From: Haliotis cracherodii
Lineage: Eukaryota
Direction of reading: 5' to 3'
DNA: 64,000 bases
Assembly: GCF_022045235.1 (NCBI RefSeq)
Contig: NW_027266286.1
Coordinates: 70,680,001-70,744,000 of the forward strand
Positions 40,897 to 53,222 of the stretch are shown here, one piece after another. The translations under genes were made by a program, and so were the position numbers. Numbering within the stretch: the first letter of the stretch is position 1; the number at the start of each line of letters is the position of its first letter. The notes under the pieces were generated by a model, which was given only the letters and a program-made list of their open reading frames with translations, ran no database searches and was not told where the DNA came from.

Positions 40897-41160
40897 GACC
40901 CGTGAAGGTCCTGGTAGAGAATAGGTCTTCAGTAACCCATACGTGCCGTAAGAAGGCAAGTATGCTCTGTTGTAAGAGGTAATGGGTGGTCAGGCTCGCT
41001 GACTTGGTTGATGCATGTCATTCCCAATTGCGTGGATCGATGCTTACTATATCAATCACTGGATTGTCTGGTCCAGACTAGATTGTTTATAGACCACCGA
41101 CATAGCTGGAATATTGCCAAGTGTGGCGTAAAACAACAAACAAAACAAGCAAACAAGTAA
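40897..41160 (+). mobile_element. Family B, full length, two-module type
   Basis: TSD actttaggt(a/g)ac; starts GACCCGTGAAGGTCC. Confidence 0.88.
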
Positions 41161-42440
41161 ACTTTAGGTGACCTAATAAAATTTGTGGGGTACAAAACAG
41201 TTCAGCAGCATTAATGTTAGACTAACATTTAGTCTATGACATCTTATATTACACAATACCCTTCTCGATTCAAAAAATAAAAAAAATAATAGAGCTAGCT
41301 AGAGCTGGCTAGACTTGCTTTTGTATACATTTCTAGATTGGATTTTTTCATAAAATAAATATATTCTACAGTCATGGTGCAGGACTACATTAATGAATAT
41401 AGTACTCATATGAAAAGAAAAGTCCAGCAGTATTTATAAATATTGTACACTTTAAAAGGAAACAAAATAAGGTTGTTTCAAAATCAAATTACTTTCTGTT
41501 TGTTTTTGTTTATAATTTATTTTAAGAATATAAAATTAACCTAAAAGGAGACCTGTCAGAAATCTGTATGAAGAAAGAAATATATTGATGTGGCCTTATA
41601 TTAACAGATTAACCATGTTACCATATCTAAAGCTGGTTGAAGTCATTCATTGCCTGTACACTTCCTCGTGTATATTGTCCTGATCCTTTAAGGAACACAT
41701 TACCACTTAATATGTCATGCCAGTTGATATGTGTAATCCACTGACCAAGGTTATGTCATGCTGTATAACAGCCCGATCTACCCAACACCGTGTAGCTTTC
41801 AACATGTGCACGCTTCACAGAGTCTTGTAATCCTGTTCTAATCCGCTTCATATCTGACCTAGTCCTTGCAATCCTCCCTAATCCCAATCAGATCTGAAAT
41901 AATCATAATCTCATAGATTTTTCAACCAAACCTCAGCTACATGGCTCTCGAACAACCAGAGTAAGGATATTTCAAAATCAAGACGAAGTAGCTATCAGTT
42001 GTTCTGTAGGTACAGAGTGATAAGAGACAGCCGTAATTAGATCCAACACCGATTACATTCTAAGCTCTCACTTCATTTTACACACCAGCGAAAGCTTGCT
42101 TTATTCACCGTATCGCCCTTTTGACCTAGGCATTATTGGTGGAACCTATATACCCATTGTGTGCCATTATAGTCAATCTCTCCAACACACAAACGGGTTG
42201 CAACCTGCCGAGTGATCCTTTCACGGTCCCTCTTCCAGTCAGGAGGGCCGTGTAATCAAACCACATCAATTCCAGCCGAGTTTGTTTACTACCCTATCTG
42301 ACAAGCCTCGCTCTTTGCAGGCTGATTGTTAAAATAAATCAATCTCTCGTAAGTATTGTCTGGCATTGAACAAGGTGAAGGAGTTCGGGAACATTACCTC
42401 CACAGCGGAGGAATTCTTAACATAGACTTTCATCATCTCT

Positions 42441-42473
42441 ATGCCAACCAACATGAGTGTCTCAAGTCCACAG
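42441..42473 (+). CDS. Possible alternative CEP57 first coding exon (MPTNMSVSSPQ)
   Basis: ATG...CAG|gtaaat, phase 0 and in frame with exon 51709; no homology support. Confidence 0.3.
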
Positions 42474-44202
42474 GTAAATTTAAGTTTCGTGTTAGCTGTA
42501 AACTTTATTTGATGTAGTTTACATTGTTCAAGAACTATGTTTGGAATTTATTATATTATTCCATACTTTACTTCATTTTGCTTTTGAAAATATTACCAAC
42601 ATGATTACAGCTTGAAGCTTCAAATTTAAGTCATGAACTTACGTATAAGCTCATCTGAAAATTATTAGAGTTCAAGGAAAGAACTTAGCAATACCTGCTC
42701 CCTCAAAATCCCTCAATATTTCCCCTTCTTTCAGACTTCCCCTGAAGGGAAACAATGTAGTTTTTGTTTCTCATTATGTACACATGACGTTTTACCTGAA
42801 ATCCCTACCCCAGAATGGGGATGCATATTATACTCCAAGTGTGTATTATAAGAAACTAGGGTTGTTTTAGGCAAGATAATCGCCTGGTTAGCCAATCAAA
42901 TGCCTTTGAATGACTTGCAGCTTACTTATTATGCTATGAACAGTATTTCAGTTATATCAGCCGATCATGCTATCTTACTGTGGGAGGGCAGACCAATACT
43001 GTGCAAGGGCTGGCTACAAAGATTGATAATCAGAATTATCGCCAATGGGAAGAAATATTATCGATTATCAACATGAAATTGTTGTCATCGATAATAACTT
43101 ACAGTAGATATTGTGATGAAGTAAATTTTACATTTACTGAAACAGACTTAGTATTGTCAATCTTGTCAATTGTCGAAGACAGATAACAACTGTTTTGGTT
43201 ATATCTAAAAAATATCCACAAAGTCATCCATGTATCAATGCGTCACTGCTCAACAGTGGCGTGGACTCGTTCGGGAATTTCTTGCATATTTGTTTAAAGT
43301 TACTTATTTATTGATAATTGATCAATATTTTGTTACTGTTTATCGATCTCTATGATCTATGTCGATAGCCCGTCCTATCATAAACACCTACTCTTGGTGC
43401 TACTAGACCAAGATTCATAATCAGAATGAAGCTGGGATTCAAACCCATGACCATTACTCATATCCTGGCACAGGTGAACTATGGCGTTTGTCGACCACTG
43501 GGCCACTAGGTGTCTTAAACAACTTTTACTCACAGATTTCAGTCAGTTTGGCAAGTTGGGGGATTAATATTCCAGGTTTGATTACCTTTGTAAAATTATT
43601 ACCATCATAATTTCAGTGACTAGTTTATTTATGATGTTTATTATGTGTATAACATTTAACTCAAGCAAACATGCCTACAAGTTGATCAAATCTTGAACAA
43701 GTTTATCATGTTTATGATCCGCTGAGCACAGAAGTAGATTAAAAGGATCACCAAATGCAATTTAACACCGTGGTGTGGGAAATAATACCCGTGTCTTGGG
43801 CGAGATAGGGGTAGGGGAGTGTGTGAGCTGGAATCCACTTCTCTGCTCATCTACTCCCCACATAGCAATATGGTGTGTGCTACACGACCTAGATTCTCAC
43901 TTGCGGAGGCTATGAATTGTCTTTGACAAGGTTTGAAAACTGTGTGATGTTTGTAATGCCTACTGTGAAAGGGTTTGATTGTTTGTAAGGAGGTGTGGAG
44001 TGATTTCCTGTCATGTTGCCAATGTCTGTGGACAAAGGAAGTCACCTAGTGAGGGCAGGGGGTGGGCGTGATATAGACAGGAATTTTCATTTCAAGACAC
44101 GACCAGCTTCTGACTGAAAGTGCTTGTAAGGTGTTTGGAGTGTGCTGTGTTCAGGACATGCTATTAAGGTAATCATACAGTAAGAACTTAGCCAGGGTAG
44201 TC

Positions 44203-44642
44203 CACAGCTACAGATAAGCTGCATATTTGTGTAAAATACTCCCCAAATATATTCAAAACCCAATTTCTTTCAAACAACTTGCATACAGAAATGCATGCGT
44301 TAACTGAAAAACTCGAATGTATAAAACAGCACGTGTAAATACCCAATGAAGCTTTTTCAGCATGCGTGCAAAGGAGCTAATTTCCGCAACACAGTTACAA
44401 GCTAATTTACTTTCCGAGGCAAGCCTATATATTGAGAACAGTTATCATTGTTATTTACATCTAATACATTATTTCCTTTATTTTAAATCTTAAAATGTTC
44501 ACTTTTGGGGGGGAATACCCAGTAGAGTGATGAATAGATGAGTGAAACAATATTGGTTACCCAATGAAAAATGTAATAACCCAATTAAAATAGAAACCCT
44601 AAAATAAAAACTCAATTGCTCAAAAAGTTATCTGGAGCTCTG
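44203..44642 (+). mobile_element. Family I hAT-like MITE (CAGAGCTCCAGATAA-type TIR)
   Basis: cacagctacagataag ... ttatctggagctctg; flanks gtagtc/gtagtc; relative at about 1364-1883. Confidence 0.7.
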
Positions 44643-44660
44643 GTAGTCCAAGCTCGAACT

Positions 44661-44822
44661 GGGACGGTCAGGTAGCCTAGTGGTTAAAGCTTTCGCTCGT
44701 CACGCTGAAGACCCGGGTTCGATTCCCGACATGGATACAATGTGTGAAGCCCATTTCTGGTGTCCCCCGCCGTGATATTGCTGGAATATTGCTAAAAGCG
44801 GCGTAAAACAATACTCACTCAC
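44661..44822 (+). mobile_element. SINE family A
   Basis: Full length; TSD tccaagctc(g/a)aact. Confidence 0.9.
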
Positions 44823-44879
44823 TCCAAGCTCAAACTCTTGGTACACTGGAATCAACATATTGTGTCACTGTGTAATTGT

Positions 44880-45210
44880 TAGGGGTAAAATGATACAGTA
44901 AGGTCACGATACATAGCATACGATATGTATCACAATATGCATATTTAAGCCAAATTGCATGGTAACTTGACAATCAATATTTCTGAGCAGGCGCAAAAAG
45001 AAAAGCTAGCTGTAGACACATGTTTGAAGCGGCTATTTTTTGTTGCGAATGTGAAACGCTAATTACAACACATTTAGCAGAATCTGACTGACAAAAATAC
45101 CAGGGATGATTTAACAAGTATTAAATCATTTTGTTTAGCAAGTGTATCGATTTCAATACAAAATCAATGTATCGTGTATCATATTGTCACATGAAAACAT
45201 TTCACGCCTC
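44880..45210 (-). mobile_element. hAT MITE (TAGGG termini)
   Basis: Exact 8-bp TSD gtaattgt; same family as 52831-53222 in opposite orientation. Confidence 0.75.
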
Positions 45211-45263
45211 GTAATTGTTGCTAGATAAGCAGTTATATGGCAACATGTCTTTTAAGTGTTTTT

Positions 45264-45990
45264 GAGTGGACAGTGAACATTCAGGAGTTGTCTTGTTTTG
45301 AGTTGATAGTGACTAGTCCTATGATGTATTGGTGGGAATTGACTAGTCTTGTGCTCTTGTTTGGGAGTGGACATAGATGAGCTGTTTGGGGTGGATGTTG
45401 ACTGGTCTTGTGCTCTTGGGGGTGGACATTGACTTGTCTTGAGCTGTTTGGGGTGCAAATTGACTAGTCTTGTGCTGTTGTTAGGAGAGGACATTGACTA
45501 GTCTTGTGCTGTTGTTAGGAGAGGACATTGACTAGTCTTGTGCTGTTGTTTGGAGAGGCCATTGACTAGTCTTGTGCTGTTGTTATGAGAGGCCATTGAC
45601 TAGTCTTGTGCTGTTGTTAGGAGAGGCCATTGACTAGTCTTGTGCTGTTGTTAGGAGAAGACATTGACTAGTCTTGTGCTGTTGTTAGGAGAAGACATTG
45701 ACTAGTCTTGTGCTGTTGTTAGGAGAGGACATTGACTAGTCTTGTGCTGTTGTTAGGAGAAGACATTGACTAGTCTTGTGCTGTTGTTTGGAGAGGACAT
45801 TGACCAGTCTTGTGCTGTTGTTAGGAGAAGACATTGACTAGTCTTGTGCTGTTGCTAGGAGAGGATATTGACTAGTCTTGTGCTGTTGTTAGGAGAAGAC
45901 ATTGACTAGTCTTGTGCTGTTTTTAGGAGAGGCCATTGACTAGTCTTGTGCTGTTGTTAGGAGAGGACATTGACTAGTCTTGTGCTGTTT
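45264..45990. repeat. 34-bp minisatellite (GACATTGACTAGTCTTGTGCTGTTGTTAGGAGAG) with a degenerate, slightly shorter-unit leader
   Basis: About 15 homogeneous units from about 45460, preceded by about 6 diverged units. Confidence 0.93.
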
Positions 45991-47093
45991 GGGGGTGTAT
46001 TTCCACAGAAATTTTAACCCAGCATTTGATTAAGGATGAACAACAAAAGGTCCATTATTTCATCCTGTTGATAGAAATATTTCAGTGTCCTACCACAATA
46101 GGATAAATACTGAAGCTAAATGACACCAAATGATGAGGACACTTTGATTTCTAACCATTCTAACAATGATATTACCTTTTCAGAACAGCTATCCCTAATG
46201 GTTAGCCTACTAACATGCATTTGTAGCACAGCCTGGCCAGCATGGACATTTTATAAGCTGCGGCATAGCAGTTGAGCTGTTAGAATTACATACATATTGC
46301 ACAATACTGAACACTTTCTTTGAAACTTTACAAGTATACCATGTGTACAGTATGAATGAAACACTTTATGATTGTCACAACCAAGCTTGCAAATAACTCA
46401 AATATTTCCAAGCTCCTGTACGTGAGTGAATGCACTTTTATCCACATCTGCAAGTTGTATAAGAGCTACATACGTGCTCAATGCTTTGATAATCTCCGCC
46501 CCGTGTCGTAGTCTTTATGATGGAGTGAATACATTCCCTGTGATAATAGCCAACACTATGCCTTGCATAATAAACTCCCAGTTGTAAACCCTCCATTGTG
46601 GAGTCGCCAGCGGGATTGAGCTGGAGTGTTTGTCCCGACCCTGAAGAGTGTTCATAGTGGAGAACCCTCTTGTCAATGTTAGCGTAAGTAAAAACAAACA
46701 GACAAACTGAGTGATTTATAAGAATCCTGTTGAGCAGGTCATGACTGCAGATTGTCAGTTCTCATTGAAGAGAGGATTAGGTCCGAAGTGTTTGTTTAAG
46801 TGTTCAACATGTTGAAAGTGAAATTTTTGTTAGGCTATTCATATTCAGGTTTGGACTATACCTATTCATGAATGTAGAGGGGAAATGTTTTTTGCTACAG
46901 TTGAGATATTCTTGTGTGTTCATGTGACAACTTATTACAGTCCTTTGTGTTTTGTTATGAGTTGTTATTACGTGTTTAGGATAAGATATGTTTGCATAAT
47001 ACGCTTATGCCATGTTGTGAATAGGGAAATTGAAACGTTTATCATGGCTGTTTTAGTTTTTCAAGCAAACTTTATTGCCGTAAAAGGTGATTA

Positions 47094-47953
47094 CCGTCTT
47101 TCGACCCAATAAGCGCACAGGGCGCTTAAAAAAAGACAGAAGGGGTGGGCGCTTATTGGGACCAATTCAGAGTCAAATTGGCGTAAATTCATCAGTAAGC
47201 CTTTTTGTATTTTCTTGAGAAAAGTGCACACTTTTTTTCCAAAAAACACAGCTGTGTAGAAGGGGGTGCACATTATATACGAATGAATGAGTTTTGATGG
47301 TTTTTCCCCCAAGGAAAGACATTACTGTGAGCATGTAGCACCAAAAATACCATGTCAACAAATTCATCCTGAAGTTTGCAAATTATTCATGTAATTACAC
47401 TGTCTGGCTATAAAAAGTGTTCTTTAAATATCTGGACTTATGTTTGTAACTAAATTCATTAATTTTATTCAAAATTCCTTTTAGTATTGTTTTAATCAAT
47501 TTCGGCGAAATCGTGTGTGAAGCGATCGGGAAGATAGCCCAACTCACAGTTATTAACAGCAGCCACAGTCAGATTACCGCTACTGACGCCTGGAAACAAA
47601 CTTTAGTTGACAGAGAATGGATACATATATCATAAATGCCATACTTTGATTCGTTAAAAGTCAGCTTTGTTTTTGTTGGACGATTCTATGTCAACACGTA
47701 ATACTCGCGATCACGCGATCACGTGCACGGGAGCCTTGACAGTAACTGGTCAGACTGGTTCCATGTAATAAATAATACCCGGCAATAACGATCAGCTGCT
47801 TTGCTTAGGGTTATTATTATTTTAAGTATGTTATTGAAAGCTGCATCTAAATTAACAAGATATTGGAATATATTATTCCTGATAAAAAAAATAGTTTCAG
47901 ATACAACTGGGTGGCTCTTATTGGGGGAGGGGCGCTTAATGGGTCGAATACGG
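47094..47953. mobile_element. Tc1/mariner-pogo-type MITE related to 5558-5901
   Basis: TA|CCGTCTTTCGACCCAATAAGCGC ... GCGCTTAATGGGTCGAATACGG|TA. Confidence 0.82.
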
Positions 47954-48170
47954 TATGCTTGTCGTAAGAGGCAACTAGTGGGATCAAGTGGTCAGTTTCG
48001 TTGACTTGGTTGATGCATGTCATCATATCCCAATTGCGTGGATCGATGCTCATGATGTCAATCACTGGATTGTCTGGTCAAGACTCGATTATTTACAGAC
48101 TGCCGTCATATAGCTGGAATATTGCTGAGTGCGACGTTAAACAACAACAAACAAACAAACAAAACAAACA
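47954..48170 (+). mobile_element. Family B, 3' part; its 5' part (about 47075-47093) is separated by a TA-targeting MITE
   Basis: ttgccgtaaaaggtgatTA | MITE | TAtgcttgtcgtaagagg. Confidence 0.82.
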
Positions 48171-48870
48171 CAAAGACTGTATTTACAGGTTGCCTTGATA
48201 TCACTGAAATATTGCTGACCGTGGTGTCATGCTGCCTCCAACACATACTTCACAGACGGCAGACTCGGTTAAAATTGTTTTTATCATTGTTTAGGTTTAC
48301 ATTAACCTGAAGAAGTACTTGAATTTCATGAGAGTACTTAAGTGTACCTGAACTTAAATAAAAGAGTCTTTTTCCTTGTAAAGTACACCAATTTCATCAA
48401 GAACTCCTTGAACTAATTTAGACGTTATTGGGAAGCATGTTGTGATGTATTTCATTGCGGTCAATTTCCGTCACCCAAATCCTTAACTGAATGGATGTTA
48501 TAGCATGGATTGTTTGATATTGTAATGACAGTATGTAGGTTGTTAGTTATTATTTTCTGTCACACCTATCCACTGTTTTCTACCCTATACCACATGCATT
48601 ATATGCACATGTACAGGTGATAGTGTCTGTGTGGAAATGAGCATAGCGTCAATAGTGTACTGAAAAACCTGGTGTCGTGTGTTGCAACTCTCAGTTTTTC
48701 TTCCAATGAGCTTTAAGCTTTCCTGGGCAGAATCTCCCACCTGTCCAGTCATCCAGAAATAAAAATGTAAATACAAACAAGAAAATTCCTCCAAACTAGC
48801 TAACAGTTTCAGAGCCTAGATTAACTGATGTTCCAATTGTGTATCATCGTTCAGTTAGTTGGGCGTACAG

Positions 48871-49336
48871 TAGGGCTGTTATGATTCACTCAAGTATTCA
48901 GTGAATCGAACTGTATCCATTCATGAATTGAATTCGTTATTTGTGGCCACCAGAATCGAATAATTATGAATATGCAATCATGTGTATTTACATACCCGTA
49001 CCTACAAATATCCTTAAAAACATATATGATTTGCATAGATTTCTTTCAAAGACAGCACTCTGATGATATTTAACTTGACAGTATTGTGGTCATTGTCGCT
49101 TTTGAGCAGATATTAGTACCTGGATAAGTGCAGTATATAAATGTTTAATATATTAATAATTAACAAACCATGTCAAATAATTTATGTTGTTAATGTTTCA
49201 CTGAATGTAACAAATAATCATAATAATACATCAACTGCTGTCTTGTTATTGTATTCATGAATTAATATTCGTATTCGTTACCCTACATTCGTGATACGAA
49301 TCATATTCGCCTCATAGTGTATTTGTTGCAGCCCTA
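48871..49336. mobile_element. hAT MITE (TAGGGCTG...CAGCCCTA)
   Basis: TIRs; imperfect 8-bp TSD gcgtacag/gtgaacag. Confidence 0.72.
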
Positions 49337-49504
49337 GTGAACAGTTGCGATGATTTGTACTTACACATCTTATGAAAGTGGAAAATGTACTATAAAAGTA
49401 TTGGCATTGCTTTATCCGACAGACATAACCATGGTAACAATATTCTGAATATTGTCAACATTTGTCAATCTTGTTTTTTCAAGAACAGGGTATTGAAATC
49501 ATTT

Positions 49505-49660
49505 CAGTGTTAGAAATTGGCACTAGTCCTATAGTCCTTGCCAAACTGCCCAATAGTTAAGGTATCATATGGACTAGTAGAAATTTGCCCTTTTTAAGGG
49601 TTTTGCTATATGTTATCATTATAAGGACTAGTGGTCTAAAACTGTTAGTTTCTAACACTA
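49505..49660 (+). mobile_element. Family H 156-bp MITE
   Basis: TSD cattt; a partial minus-strand copy lies at 50177-50312. Confidence 0.85.
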
Positions 49661-51073
49661 CATTTAGTATTGATTAGTCACTTGGTTAAGATTGGTTGAT
49701 ATACATGTATGGATCAACAAAGCACTTGCTTTTATATTAGTGTATGTCAGGTGAGCTATAGTGCTTCAACACATTCTGGTCTTCGACAACAGACAGTACA
49801 GCATGCTCAAATTGTGAGTGTATTCAATGCACTGGGTATTGTCATACAGTTACTGACAGGAAATAGCTTGAAATTAGATTTCAGTTTCTTAGATAAAAAG
49901 AGAAGCAAATACGACATTTTAGTTTGCAAAGAATGGCCTCCAAGGAAGTGTCTCAGTTTTGTGTTTGTAGTTGGTGACACATAGTATCCAGGAGACTGCT
50001 GGTTAATGATGCACATGATGTTATTCATGAACTGTTATGGTAACTGATCTGGCTACAATGTTTCTGACTTAATTGTGCATGTAAACTGATTTTTACAAAT
50101 GTCTCACAATGGAACGAGATTTTGTTTCCTTTTTGCATGTCTTTGTCCAATTATCAAATGTACACTGTTTCAAATTCAGTGTTTGAAACTAACATGTCTA
50201 GTCACCTAGTCCTTATAATGATAACGTATAGCAAACCCCTTAAAACGGGGAAATTTCTACTAACCCTTATGATACCTGATATTGGGCAGTTTGGCAAGGA
50301 CTATAGGACTAGTATATATAAATCTTATGTATTTACCATGATATACTGTTCAATAATGACTTGAGCAATTTAAAGTGATAGATGGTGAACAAAGTGAATA
50401 TATTGCTTAAATTTATGCATAAGAGATGATATATGGTGTGAGAGTAACTATGGCAACAAAAGTATCGTGCTAAAATACTTTCAGTTATGTTTAGCATGTA
50501 CCTTGACTGATCATTCAGATAGGATTCCAGAGTAGAATATATCCCGAGCACCAATGCTTGTTGAAGAGCCGACTTCTACGCATAACATGATTACAGTGAG
50601 CATGGTGAGTGACCAGGCTCAACATGCAGATTGTGTGTCATGGTACTCATGCTATCGGCCACCAGTTTACCTAGCCCTATATGTATAGATTAACATGGAA
50701 TATTGCAAACTGTGGCATTAAACAGTATTCACTCACTTGCCTGTATGAACAAAAAGATAAACAACAAGTGTGTTAAGTAGTCTGTTTAAGATTTTGTACC
50801 AAAGAAATAGCTGGAACGTTTAATATTCTTCTGTTTTATTAGTGACAGCTGCAACAATGGGAAGTATCTGACATAAGTACATTTCATCTGAAGCATGTCA
50901 CGTGGAATCAGCACAACTGAAAGCCTCCAGATAACTCGATACAAAAACTTGGGGCTGGTCCTGCTTTGTTCATCATCATTTGACTTCTATTACAAGATTA
51001 GTGAGGTAGAAATTCTGGATACATTTACGGTTTCACTTGAGTCTGTTGAATTGTTTAACGAGACGGGGGCATT

Positions 51074-51229
51074 CAGCGCTAGAAATTGGCAGTGGTCCTC
51101 TTGTCCTTGCAAAACTGCCCAATAATTAAGGTATCATAAGGACAAGTAGAAATTTGGCATTTTTGTGGGTTTTGCTGTGTGCTATCGTTATAAGGACTAG
51201 TGGACTAAAAATGTTAGTTTCTATCGCTA
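51074..51229 (+). mobile_element. Family H 156-bp MITE
   Basis: TSD ggcatt (6 bp). Confidence 0.8.
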
Positions 51230-51708
51230 GGCATTTATTAAAACAGTCTGGTGACAGATCCCTAATCACAGGCTGCAATAGACGGCTTATCACTGATTCA
51301 CTCACAGCTGGCAATGTCTGGCTGACAGTTGTTGATTTGGTTGGTTTTGTCACTGCTCCAGATAACTTAATGAGTCAATGGGCATTGATACTTTTTTGTT
51401 AGTGTCAAATCAATGTTTGATTCCAGTCTAGGGGCTATTTTAAAACCTATAATTAGACCTATTTAAGAATTATTCTGTCACATATGAGCAACTTTTTTAT
51501 CTGTTGTGCAAAATAGGGGTTGTACTTCAGTACCTGCAAAACTATTGCCTGAAGTTGTCTTTTTGTATCCTTTCTGTAGATATTCGTGACTGGCTAAGTA
51601 ATATAGCAATTTTTACATTCCTGAAACAAGAGGTATGATATTGTTAATTGTTTACTCTGAACATGCTGATTGAGATTGGGACTAACAGGTTGGACTGTTG
51701 TGTTTCAG

Positions 51709-51895
51709 GAGGCAATGAGCTCCAGCCAGAAGTTCCCCATGTCCCCGGGGTCGCTGTATGACACGTCTGTCCAGGACAACTCGATCAGCCTCACCCAGTA
51801 CCACGAGTACCCCTCCACACACCCCTTCATCAACACAGAGTTCAGGAGAGCTGCAGGCAAACTGTCTTCATCATATCCAGAGAATAACCGAGATG
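51709..51895 (+). CDS. CEP57: CEP57 exon 2 (EAMSSSQKF...PFINTEF...YPENNRD)
   Basis: tttcag| and |gtagga; 187 bp; YP..xPFIN and YPE.N motifs of CEP57. Confidence 0.9.
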
Positions 51896-52032
51896 GTAGG
51901 AAGCTGTAGGACTCCATCTAGAACCATGCTTCACTTTACTTGGAGTCCAATACCTGTAGAGTGTATAAGGCGTGCTATGTCTTGACTACATGACAGTGTA
52001 TGCATATTGTAGGAGTGAAGGTCATCTCAGTG

Positions 52033-52799
52033 ATAAATAGAGAATACTAAACGAGCTCCCGTGTAATACCAATGTTATGAAACGAGTGAATAGTTGTGGT
52101 ATTTGACGAGCGAAAGCGAGTCAGATACCACAACTATTCACGAGTTTCATAACATTGGTTTTACACGGTAGCGAGTTTAGTATTTTATTTACTACTTGCC
52201 ATTTAAAACGTTTTTAGAATTATACTGTCGAGTGTGAATAGTCTGACACCTACACGATCCACGGCATAATACAATTGAGTTTAACAGAATAATACTTCAA
52301 ACACGTCAAAAGTTGAAACGTATGAATTTAATACCATACAACGGTCTATCTTTAGAATTCAGGCGTCCGTTCCACAAAATTATCGTAGCGTTAAGGTTAT
52401 CGCAACTCACATACTTAAACTTAGACCAACGACTGTCGTTGCGCTACAGCACGATCGCCTTGTGGAACGGGGCCTTGCACCTCAAAGTTTACAATCACGT
52501 CACAATACCCGATGACGTAATTTGTGGAATTTTGTTGCAAGATCCTTCGGTGAAACAGTGCCATGTGACGTCAGCCTAGCAATAAGGTTGCTGTGGTCAT
52601 CAAGTGTGCTTAAGCTCCCCTCAGTGATCTATCATCTCCACACGCAATGTCGTTGAATAAGCCAAGGGATGTTGAGAGCTTTCAATATTTTTCGTGAAAC
52701 GTGTTCCGAGCACGCGTTTTGGCATTACACAATGTGTAATACAACTGTATGTTTATTAAACGGGTGATCTCTTCACGGGCAAGTAATAAATAGAGAATA
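52033..52799 (+). mobile_element. TIR-less element with terminal direct repeats and a long left-end hairpin (tentatively Crypton-like, non-autonomous)
   Basis: 14-bp direct repeat ataaatagagaata at 52033 and 52786; hairpin 52043-52184; asymmetric inverted repeat 52186-52200 / 52778-52792; a homologous interior fragment at about 30710-30900. Confidence 0.6.
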
Positions 52800-52830
52800 T
52801 CACCCTAGAGTCTTTTGATATAAAATATAT

Positions 52831-53222
52831 TAGGGGTAAAACAATACATCAGTGCACCAGTGGCTCGTGAGTTTTCATGCGACGATACAAATCGATACAC
52901 AACGATTATTTGTGATATAGATACAAGACAATACACTTGCTAAAAGAAAATACTTACTACTCGTAAAATGACACCCAACAGTCCGTCAAATGTCATGTAA
53001 AAAATGTTTTGTAATCAGGGTTTCATGTGCACTATGAAAAATAGCTGCTGCGAACATGTATCTGTAGTTAGCTTTACGTTTTTAAAGTTCCTTGAAATTT
53101 GTCTAGGCAAGAAGTTTCCATGTGATTTGACGTAAATATGAGTATCACAATACATATCATATTGTGACTTATATATTGTGATATGTATCGTATCGTGACC
53201 TTGCTGTACTGTTACACCCCTA
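52831..53222 (+). mobile_element. hAT MITE (TAGGGGT...ACCCCTA)
   Basis: TSD aaatatat/taatatat; CGATAC subterminal motifs. Confidence 0.78.

Larger units (their letters stand above)
39408..41387. mobile_element. About 2-kb element with about 95-bp TIRs starting TAGTCC (tentatively Academ-like)
   Basis: 39408-39506 is the reverse complement of about 41291-41387; no clear TSD. Confidence 0.65.

Noticed and set aside
39995-45990. CRISPR-like appearance of the 44-bp and 34-bp arrays
   Set aside because: Units are head-to-tail with no unique spacers, there are no cas genes, and the context is a eukaryotic intron
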